Shown in pieces: positions 56,719-64,000 of a DNA stretch of 64,000 bases. This DNA comes from Lachnospiraceae bacterium (GTDB lineage: Bacteria; Bacillota; Clostridia; Lachnospirales; Lachnospiraceae), in contig JAFUGT010000014.1 of assembly GCA_017469275.1 (NCBI GenBank), positions 2,079 through 66,078 of the forward strand, read 5' to 3'. The notes under the pieces were generated by a model. The model was given only the letters and a program-made list of their open reading frames with translations, was not told the origin of the DNA and ran no database searches. The stretch's first letter is position 1. Each line of letters opens with the position of its first letter. A program made the position numbers and the translations under genes.

Positions 56719-58203
56719 TCAGCTCACATATTTGAGTGGTATCCTCACCGTAAATGTTGTGCCCTCACCGGGTTCGGAGAACAACTTGATGGCACCTTTA
56801 TGCATAAGAATCGCATTTCTTGTAATTGCAAGTCCCAATCCGGTACCTCCGGTATCACGGCTTCTTGCTTTATCCACGCGGTAGAATCTCTCAAACACCT
56901 GAGACTGGCTATCCTCAGGTATTCCTACCCCCGTATCCTGAACCTTTACATAGAAGAACTTGTGATCTGAATTCAAGGATACATATACGCTTCCACCATC
57001 ATTGTTGTATTTGACCGCATTCTCTATAAGATTTGAAAATGCCAATGTAAGTTTGACTTCGTCTACCTCACCGATAACTTCACGAAAACTTTCGAACACA
57101 ACATCAATATTGCGCTTTGCTGCAATCGGCTTAATTCGCTTTAACAAAAGTTCAAGCAATGCATTAATATTGACCGGCGCTATATTAAGTGCCGAGGATT
57201 TCTTGTCCATTTTAACCAAAGTAAGCAGGTCGTTGATTATCTTGCCTTCCCTGTCTATCTCCTGAACCATGTCCGACATGAATTCCCGATACATCTCATT
57301 AGGCACTTCCTCCTGCATGAGAAGAGAATCGGCTAACACTTTCATAGATGTAATCGGTGTCTTTAGTTCATGTGACACGTTAGAAACAAATTCCTGTCTA
57401 GAGTCTTCTAACACCTGCATTTTATTAAGCAGTACATTAAATGATTCCGTAAGTTCAACAAACTCCTTATACTTACTCTTTGCATCCAGAGGTTCCAGAT
57501 GTCCTTCATTCAAAGTCCGTATCTGTCCGTTAAGTCTGTTAAGCCCCGACACTGCAATCTTACTTATTAAGTATGCCGACATAACCGCCAACATAAGGAA
57601 AAGCATAAGCAGAATATGCATCTGCTCATTAAGGTATTCATTCGTATCTTCTATATCATGCAAGGACACAGTTGCAATCATGATTCCGTTCACAACCTTC
57701 TCTGCATTGACAATAGGAATGATAACCTCCGCATAGTCATCCACCATACGAATGCTTCTGTCATTCTCACCGCGCATTACTTTGACAGCTTCATCATATA
57801 TTATGTAATTATTCTGATCGATCGTGTAGGTATCTTTGAGGATTTTGTAATTGGGATCAATCACGAGAATACGCCCTTCCCATACATTAGCCAATTGGTC
57901 TATCTGTACGTTTAAGTTACTCCTTAAGGCGTCCATTGTAAATTGATTAACCAGAATCTGGTTTCCCAGAATATTACACTGATTCTGTACGAGTGTTAAT
58001 TTCTGTTTGACCATTCTGTCATTATAAGAATGCTGCACTAGCATGCTAAATGATAACATAAGTAACATACTAAGCAGCAAAAAAGAACAAAATACTATAA
58101 ATCTAAGGCTTTTTAAGGGATTAGTGAATTTTCTATTTCTTAAAATAGTAACCAACTCCCCACTTTGTCTGAATATACTTAGGGTCACCCGGATTAGACT
58201 CAA
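56719..58203 (-). CDS. Sensor histidine kinase (HAMP, HisKA, HATPase_c)
   Basis: H-box FVSNVSHELKTP, plus N, G1 (DTGVGI) and G2 (GTGLGLAI) boxes. The start is uncertain: the track start overlaps the response regulator by 71 nt. Confidence 0.85.
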   Translation of the reverse strand: MSLIRVTLSIFRQSGELVTILRNRKFTNPLKSLRFIVFCSFLLLSMLLMLSFSMLVQHSYNDRMVKQKLTLVQNQCNILGNQILVNQFTMDALRSNLNVQIDQLANVWEGRILVIDPNYKILKDTYTIDQNNYIIYDEAVKVMRGENDRSIRMVDDYAEVIIPIVNAEKVVNGIMIATVSLHDIEDTNEYLNEQMHILLMLFLMLAVMSAYLISKIAVSGLNRLNGQIRTLNEGHLEPLDAKSKYKEFVELTESFNVLLNKMQVLEDSRQEFVSNVSHELKTPITSMKVLADSLLMQEEVPNEMYREFMSDMVQEIDREGKIINDLLTLVKMDKKSSALNIAPVNINALLELLLKRIKPIAAKRNIDVVFESFREVIGEVDEVKLTLAFSNLIENAVKYNNDGGSVYVSLNSDHKFFYVKVQDTGVGIPEDSQSQVFERFYRVDKARSRDTGGTGLGLAITRNAILMHKGAIKLFSEPGEGTTFTVRIPLKYVS

Positions 58204-58819
58204 TCTTTTCGCGAAGTCTTCTCACATGCACATCCACAGTACGTCCATCGCCAAGCGCATCACTTCCCCACACTTGTTTCAACAGATCATCCCTTGAATA
58301 TACTTTATTCGGATGTAGCAACAACAGAGTGAGGATATTGAATTCCTTAGCAGTGAGATTAATCTCCTCACCTAATATTGAGACCCTGCGGCTATCCATA
58401 TCGATAGTCATATCTCCCTCAACAATGGTTCTCGACTCATCTGTATTCGGAGCCTTCTTATGGTTTCTTCTGATAATTGCTTTGATTCTTGCCTTAACTT
58501 CTAATATATTAAAGGGTTTCGTAATATAGTCATCCGCACCATATTCCAACCCCAGTATCTTGTCCATGTCTTCCCCTTTAGCGGTTAACATAATAATAGG
58601 AACATCCGAAAATTCACGTATAGCCTGACATACATCAAAGCCTGACAATCCGGGAAGCATTACGTCAAGAAGTATAATATCAAATTCATTATTCTTAGCC
58701 AGCTCTAATGCCTCTTCTCCATCATAAGCTGCCGTTACTTCCATCTCATCCTGCTCTAAAGAGAATTTGATTCCCTTAACAATCAGTTTTTCATCATCAA
58801 CAACCAATACTTTTTTCAT
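58133..58819 (-). CDS. OmpR-family response regulator
   Basis: Receiver domain (VVDDE...DVMLPG...LTAK) and a winged-helix Trans_reg_C domain (VWG...VDVHV.RLR.K). Confidence 0.9.
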   Translation of the reverse strand: MKKVLVVDDEKLIVKGIKFSLEQDEMEVTAAYDGEEALELAKNNEFDIILLDVMLPGLSGFDVCQAIREFSDVPIIMLTAKGEDMDKILGLEYGADDYITKPFNILEVKARIKAIIRRNHKKAPNTDESRTIVEGDMTIDMDSRRVSILGEEINLTAKEFNILTLLLLHPNKVYSRDDLLKQVWGSDALGDGRTVDVHVRRLREKIESNPGDPKYIQTKWGVGYYFKK

Positions 58820-58844
58820 TTCAGATCTCCTCTATCATCCCGCA

Positions 58845-59555
58845 TTATATACTGATACGATCCTTAATCTTATTATATACTCCTTCTTTAATGCCCTGAA
58901 TTTTCATTATATCCTCAATGGATTTGAAGCCTCCGGTCTCTTCACGATACCTAATTATATCATCTGCCTTGGATTCTCCGATTCCCGGAAGTGTCATAAG
59001 AACCTCCTTAGACGCACTGTTAATATTGACCGTTCCTTCATCATTCGGGGAAAATGCTGACTCTTCACGCTCCAAACTATTAACACCTGTCCATTCTTCA
59101 TCCAGTCCCGGAACATATATGGTCTGACCGTCAGACACAGGTTTTGCCTGATCTAATGCCTCCGGTCTTCCATCGTCAGTGATACCGCCGGCTAAATCTA
59201 TGGCATCATATATTCTGCTGCCTGTGGATAACTTATACACTCCCGGAGAGAATACATGACCACGAACATATACATAGATTTCACCACCGTCAGTTTTGTC
59301 GCTGTCACTACTCTTGTAGCTGCCTTCAGCTTGAACATCACCTGCTCTATCTGTATCCTCTTCAGCAGTGTCCCTGCCTTTTTGAGCATAACCTTTGCTG
59401 TTCTTATCATCACTGATTACAGCCTCTTGCAGACTCATACCTTCATCATCAGTCTCAACACCACTCTTATCGGCTATTACAACCGCATCATTATGCATAC
59501 ATCCGGTAGTAAAAAAGAGCATCAAAAAAACAAATGTCAAATATAAAGTTTTCAA
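58845..59555 (-). CDS. comEA: Competence protein ComEA (SLBB plus helix-hairpin-helix DNA receptor)
   Basis: C-terminal INSASKEVLMTLPGIGESKADDIIRYREE.GGFKSIEDIMKIQGI. TTG start lies 7 nt after AGGAGG. A possible lipobox (TTGC) is present. Confidence 0.85.
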   Translation of the reverse strand: MKTLYLTFVFLMLFFTTGCMHNDAVVIADKSGVETDDEGMSLQEAVISDDKNSKGYAQKGRDTAEEDTDRAGDVQAEGSYKSSDSDKTDGGEIYVYVRGHVFSPGVYKLSTGSRIYDAIDLAGGITDDGRPEALDQAKPVSDGQTIYVPGLDEEWTGVNSLEREESAFSPNDEGTVNINSASKEVLMTLPGIGESKADDIIRYREETGGFKSIEDIMKIQGIKEGVYNKIKDRISI

Positions 59556-59690
59556 ATTATTCCTCCTAATATATTATTAGGGGAATAGACATATAATCAA
59601 TAAAAAGGATACCTTCATAATACATAAAAAACCAATAAATGACAACATATTTTTTGTTTTTTTAAGTTTTTTTTAATATTTTTTTATAAT

Positions 59691-60128
59691 TTATTTCGCC
59701 TTAAAAACAAACAATCCGATAACCGAAATTACCATTCCCGTCAACTTAGACCATGAAAAAGGAACCTTCTCCACGCCAAACAAACCGAACAATTCAATAA
59801 GATAAGCCACAAAAACCTGAGTGATAACTATGGCCAATACCGCTTTCGCAGGTCCTAACATAGACATACTCTTAATTACGGTAAAGGTTATAAACGCCCC
59901 GATAACTCCACCTAAAAGCATATACTTCCTGTCTATTTTAAAAAGAGAACCCACAGGAATCTTTCCCATTTCCAGAAAAAGATATAAGGCCAGACATACT
60001 AAGAAGCCTGTAAGCTGTACAAAACAGTTAGTTATCCAGGTTCCACTCTCTGTCGTAACTCCGGTCTTAAATACCCCCTGAACACTCATCCATGCACCGG
60101 AAATCCTTGCAATCAAAAAGCCCCACAT
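59691..60128 (-). CDS. Small DMT-superfamily membrane protein (DUF606/YdcZ-like)
   Basis: 145 aa with 4-5 TM helices. Called from general resemblance only. Confidence 0.5.
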   Translation of the reverse strand: MWGFLIARISGAWMSVQGVFKTGVTTESGTWITNCFVQLTGFLVCLALYLFLEMGKIPVGSLFKIDRKYMLLGGVIGAFITFTVIKSMSMLGPAKAVLAIVITQVFVAYLIELFGLFGVEKVPFSWSKLTGMVISVIGLFVFKAK

Positions 60129-60315
60129 AATATTCCTCCTGTCACTACAACTAATGATTAGGTAATTGCGAAACGCTATATTTATAAGAAATATTATATG
60201 AAGCTTTCATATTATTTTATTCATTTTTTATTAGTTTTATTTTAACTACAGCTACTATCACTATCGATATCATGCTAATCTTTTATCATATTTTATAATT
60301 TAACCACAGTTAAAT

Positions 60316-61749
60316 TTACTTCATCTTCTTCTCCATGACTCCCTGCAGCTTATCAAGTTCTTCCTTTGCATTTGCGCCTTCCCATATGGCATCGAAGGTG
60401 TTACCGCTCTCCATAAGATACTCCCCCAAAAGCATAGTTTTGGGAACGGGTTTGGAGTTCTGATATTGTGCATAGAGTATTGTCTGCTTATCGTCAAAAT
60501 GATATTTCTGATTGATAACAGGCATCTTACCGTTACCCATATATTGTCTTGCCTGATCCTCAAAAGCGAGATAAAGTGCAAACATATTGCCGGCTGCCGT
60601 ATTATTACCGTAGGGATTGATAAATGCCCCATAGGTCGTGGAATAACATGCTGAGGATAACTCGGCTGTCAGACTCGGAACATATGCAACCTTATAATCA
60701 GTATCATTCCCTGCATCATCGCTTTCCACATCCGCATTGTTTCCTGCATCATCGGTACTTCCTGCATCCTCTGCACTTTCCGCATTCTCTGCACCTTCTG
60801 ATACATTGTTACCCGTCTCATTCTCCGGAGCACTGTCACCATCAGCAGTCTTATTGTCATTATTCATCTCATAAAGAACAGGCAAAATATCCGATTTACA
60901 AAGTCCTAATACCAAAGTCCCCTCTTTGATCCTGTTCATAACAGTATCATGGGAAATATTAGTTTTGTCCATCCAAAGATACTCACTTAAAGATTGAAAA
61001 TATTCCATCGCCTTAACTTCCTGCTCACCATTCACAGAGAAGGACTTGATATCGTCTCCGTTCTCACCGAAAATGTCAGCATAAGCGGCAATAAACATGG
61101 AATTAATATATGGGTCTGCCACATCCCATCTGAAAACTGCTTTGGTGGAACCGGTATCCTCATATTCATCTAGGAATGCAAGTATATCATCTATTGATGC
61201 AGGAGCATTCTCCAATAACTTGGAATCATACACAAGACAATAAGTGTCAAAATATATGGGATATCCATATTGTTTTCCCTTATAATTAAATGCTTTCTTA
61301 GATACTTCGGGATAATTATCCTTCCAGAACTTATCATCAAATGCACTGTTTTCTTCTACCAGTCCACCGGTCACTGCAAATTCAAGTCTGTCGTTACCCA
61401 TTATATACATATCGGGTCCGCTTTGATTCTGATTAGCCTGATTAATATCCTCAAAAAGCTGTGCTCCATCATAATATACAAGTTCGACTTTGATTCCGTA
61501 TTCTTTCTCAAAATCAGAAGCCTTCTGTGCCAGCCATCTCTGATCCGCCATGTCAGTGTACCAACACGTAGTAACAGAATTATTATTATCCTTCTTCCAC
61601 GTCTGCATCATATTTTCAAAAGTGACCGGAAGATCGGCTGTCTGTTCTTCTGTAACAGTATCTTTTGTTCCACAGCCGGATAACAGACAAAGAATCATAG
61701 TTAGAACCATTAAACATTCAAGCCATCTTTTTTTCATATAATTCTCCAT
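60316..61749 (-). CDS. ABC transporter extracellular solute-binding lipoprotein (sugar-type) with an acidic insert
   Basis: Lipobox LLSGC and a family-1 SBP-like fold pattern. It has a ~60 aa Asp/Glu/Asn/Gly/Ala-rich insertion. No permease or ATPase gene is adjacent. Confidence 0.75.
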   Translation of the reverse strand: MENYMKKRWLECLMVLTMILCLLSGCGTKDTVTEEQTADLPVTFENMMQTWKKDNNNSVTTCWYTDMADQRWLAQKASDFEKEYGIKVELVYYDGAQLFEDINQANQNQSGPDMYIMGNDRLEFAVTGGLVEENSAFDDKFWKDNYPEVSKKAFNYKGKQYGYPIYFDTYCLVYDSKLLENAPASIDDILAFLDEYEDTGSTKAVFRWDVADPYINSMFIAAYADIFGENGDDIKSFSVNGEQEVKAMEYFQSLSEYLWMDKTNISHDTVMNRIKEGTLVLGLCKSDILPVLYEMNNDNKTADGDSAPENETGNNVSEGAENAESAEDAGSTDDAGNNADVESDDAGNDTDYKVAYVPSLTAELSSACYSTTYGAFINPYGNNTAAGNMFALYLAFEDQARQYMGNGKMPVINQKYHFDDKQTILYAQYQNSKPVPKTMLLGEYLMESGNTFDAIWEGANAKEELDKLQGVMEKKMK

Positions 61750-61781
61750 AATATATTATAAAACTTCAAATTCACAGTTTC

Positions 61782-62672
61782 TCAGAAAAGGGGCTCCTTA
61801 AGGATTGCTGTTCCGATACCTTTCTCAGTAAAGAATTCCAACAACAGACAGTGTTCCACACGACCGTCCAATATATGCACTCTTGAAACACCGTTTTCAA
61901 TCGCATCAATACAGTTTGACAGTTTTGGAAGCATTCCGCCGCCAACTATACCCTTCTCAATGAATTCCTTTGCCTCATTAACATCCATTTCAGATATAAG
62001 AGTGCTCTTATCATTTGGGTCCACAAAAACTCCCTCTATATCGGTAAGGAAAACCAATTTCTCGGCATTTAATGCCTTGGCAACGGCACAGGCCGCATCA
62101 TCTGCATTGATATTATAGCTTTCAAAATCCTCCGATGAACCGATTGGAGCAATTACAGGAATATAATTATTCTCCAACAGAGTATCTAAAATATTGCCGT
62201 CAACCTTGCAGACTTCACCCACATATCCAATATCTTTGCCTCCGGGAAAACGCTTCTTAACCGTCATCAAACCGGCATCCTTACCGCTTATTCCAACAGC
62301 ATTTACTCCAAGCTTCTGCATCATCTGCACAAGACCTTTGTTGACCTTAGAAAGCACCATCTCAGCTATCTCCATAGTCTCATTGTCTGTAACGCGGAGA
62401 CCGTTGATAAATTCAGGCTCCTTGCCTATCATTTCAACCCATTTACTGATCTCTTTTCCGCCGCCATGAACAATGATCGGATTAAGACCGATGAGCTTTA
62501 ATAGTGCCACATCTTTTATCACGTTATACTTAAGATTTTCATCAAGCATAGCACTTCCGCCATACTTGACAACAATCTTTTTTCCGTTGAATTTCTGTAT
62601 ATAAGGAAGCGCTTCTATAAGTGTCTGCGCCTTTATAAGAAGCTGATCCATATTAAGTTCACTGTTTACCAT
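61782..62672 (-). CDS. argB: Acetylglutamate kinase
   Basis: [15 protein letters not shown] and NINADDAA motifs. Confidence 0.93.
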   Translation of the reverse strand: MVNSELNMDQLLIKAQTLIEALPYIQKFNGKKIVVKYGGSAMLDENLKYNVIKDVALLKLIGLNPIIVHGGGKEISKWVEMIGKEPEFINGLRVTDNETMEIAEMVLSKVNKGLVQMMQKLGVNAVGISGKDAGLMTVKKRFPGGKDIGYVGEVCKVDGNILDTLLENNYIPVIAPIGSSEDFESYNINADDAACAVAKALNAEKLVFLTDIEGVFVDPNDKSTLISEMDVNEAKEFIEKGIVGGGMLPKLSNCIDAIENGVSRVHILDGRVEHCLLLEFFTEKGIGTAILKEPLF

Positions 62673-62699
62673 AGCTTTATCCTCACTTTCTATCTTATT

Positions 62700-63740
62700 C
62701 TACGGGAACATAGGGGGCTGTTCTAAGCCCATACTCTCCGGAAGGTCAAATATCAGATTCATATTCTGAACTGCCTGTCCTGCCGCACCTTTTACCAGAT
62801 TATCTAAAGCGCCCATTACAACAACGCGTTTTGTTCTCTCGTCAATCTTGAAATTGACATCCACATAATTGCTGCCCTTGACCCATCTGGTCTCAGGACA
62901 AACATCCTTATTAAGCACCCTTACAAACTTCTCGTCTCCATAGTATTTGTCATAAACCGCCTTTATATCCTCATATGTATAATCCTTTGTGAGGTTACCG
63001 TAAGCTGTCACAAGAATTCCTCTGTCCATAGGAACTAAATGCGGTGTGAAATTAATCATTATCTCCTTGCCACAGGCATATCCAAGCTGTTCCTCAATCT
63101 CAGGTGTGTGTCTGTGATTGGTCACTCCATATGCCTTGATACTCTCATTAACTTCACAGTAGAGATTAGGCACCTTTGCTCCTCTTCCTGCACCTGACGT
63201 TCCTGACTTCGCATCCACTATTATAGTATCCGGATCGATTATACCTTCTTTTACCAACGGGTAAAGCGACAATATGGAACAGGTAGTGTAACATCCCGGA
63301 TTGGCAACAAGACGTCTGCCCTTAATGTCTTCACGGTTAATCTCACATAGACCATACACCGCTTCCTTAATATATTCAGGAGACTTGTGTTCTATTCCGT
63401 ACCATTTCTCATAAACAGCTACATCCTTAATTCTGAAGTCTGCTGAGAGATCTATAATTTTAACCTTAGATAAAATTGATTCATTGACTAAAGATGCACA
63501 AAGCCCCTGAGGTGTGGCTGTAAAGATAACGTCCGCTTTATCCGCCAGCTCATCCATGTTATCATCCATACACTTAGCATCTACTAATTCAAACATATTA
63601 CCGAAGATATCCGAGTAATTCTTATCTATATAGCTTCTTGAACCATACCATACTATCTCCGCTTCCTTATGTCCTAAAAGAAGCCTTACCAGTTCCTGTC
63701 CTGCATAACCGGTAGAACCTATGATTCCTACCTTGATCAT
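62700..63740 (-). CDS. argC: N-acetyl-gamma-glutamyl-phosphate reductase
   Basis: IIGSTGYAGQEL and the active-site motif ANPGCYTT. The start is refined to ATG at 63740 (MIKVGIIG), after GAGGTG. Confidence 0.93.
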   Translation of the reverse strand: MIKVGIIGSTGYAGQELVRLLLGHKEAEIVWYGSRSYIDKNYSDIFGNMFELVDAKCMDDNMDELADKADVIFTATPQGLCASLVNESILSKVKIIDLSADFRIKDVAVYEKWYGIEHKSPEYIKEAVYGLCEINREDIKGRRLVANPGCYTTCSILSLYPLVKEGIIDPDTIIVDAKSGTSGAGRGAKVPNLYCEVNESIKAYGVTNHRHTPEIEEQLGYACGKEIMINFTPHLVPMDRGILVTAYGNLTKDYTYEDIKAVYDKYYGDEKFVRVLNKDVCPETRWVKGSNYVDVNFKIDERTKRVVVMGALDNLVKGAAGQAVQNMNLIFDLPESMGLEQPPMFP

Positions 63741-64000
63741 ATAAATCACCTCATATTCTATAATAATACACGCATACAAAAAAGCATTATAGCACTGTTT
63801 TCCAATATTGTACATAATGTTTTTTGAAACAATTCATAATTATACATATTTTATGTATATTATGCAAGCATTATTTTGAGCTCTTTATCGTCCTATATAT
63901 CAATAGTTTCATAAATATTAAATATATTCAATAAAAAACAATCATATATTTTTATACATTTTGGTATTGCATAACTTTGCAATTCGTTGTATATTATTGA

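Noticed and set aside
58133-58203. The 71-nt overlap between the response regulator 3' end and the histidine kinase 5' end as a functional overlap.
   Set aside because: It most likely comes from choosing the first in-frame ATG. The kinase may start at a downstream non-ATG codon nearer its first TM segment. I could not identify a convincing RBS, so the start is simply flagged as uncertain.
59556-59580. The palindrome cctaata-tat-tattagg overlapping the comEA Shine-Dalgarno sequence as a translational control hairpin.
   Set aside because: It is a 7-bp A/T-rich stem of low predicted stability in an A/T-rich genome and could easily arise by chance.
1-64000. Looked for rRNA, tRNA and CRISPR arrays, and for large tandem or interspersed repeats across the window.
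   Set aside because: No cloverleaf-like or rRNA-like segments stood out in the short intergenic regions. No regularly spaced direct repeats were seen by eye. This is a visual scan only; tRNAscan, Infernal or a CRISPR finder would be needed to be definitive.

Overview
Low-GC Firmicutes/Clostridia-type chromosomal window, transcribed almost entirely on the minus strand. Gene content looks like a sporulation-lineage anaerobe, possibly Lachnospiraceae-like, but the taxon cannot be proven from the sequence. All calls come from reading the supplied ORF translations and the DNA by eye; no searches or statistics were run.

Layout:
(1) 1-9 kb: type IV pilus locus with a minor pilin fragment, PilO-like, a PilM-PilN fusion, PilD, PilA, PilC, PilT and PilB.
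(2) 9-11.3 kb: a BspA-type LRR surface protein and a sigK-like sporulation sigma factor on the plus strand.
(3) 11.3-18.5 kb: housekeeping block colinear with B. subtilis yrrO-yrrM-yrrL...yrzB-yrrK-yrzL, plus RNase J, a YlbF-like protein and mtaB.
(4) 18.7-24.1 kb: HPr-like gene, thiI, nifS-like cysteine desulfurase and a YfhO-family GT-C.
(5) 24.1-37.3 kb: an IS110 relic followed by a tightly packed 15-gene minus-strand operon. It joins an acyl-assembly module (3 SDRs, 2 KASIII, 2 carrier proteins, a DltA-like adenylating enzyme, 2 GNATs) to an Arn/Gtr-like polyprenyl-phosphate aminosugar route (WecE-like transaminase, ArnC/GtrB-like GT2, ArnE/F-like half-size flippase pair, candidate GT-C). 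This is my best candidate for an undescribed system.
(6) 37.4-59.6 kb: conserved block colinear with B. subtilis comE-holA-rpsT-gpr-spoIIP-lepA-hemN-hrcA-grpE-dnaK-dnaJ-prmA-yqeU. It carries small lesions: spoIIP has an in-frame TAG, a hicAB pair with an in-frame TGA in hicA sits between lepA and hemW, and there is an AAA-ATPase relic.
(7) 59.7-64 kb: small DMT protein, orphan solute-binding lipoprotein, argB and argC.

I saw no rRNA, tRNA or CRISPR array.
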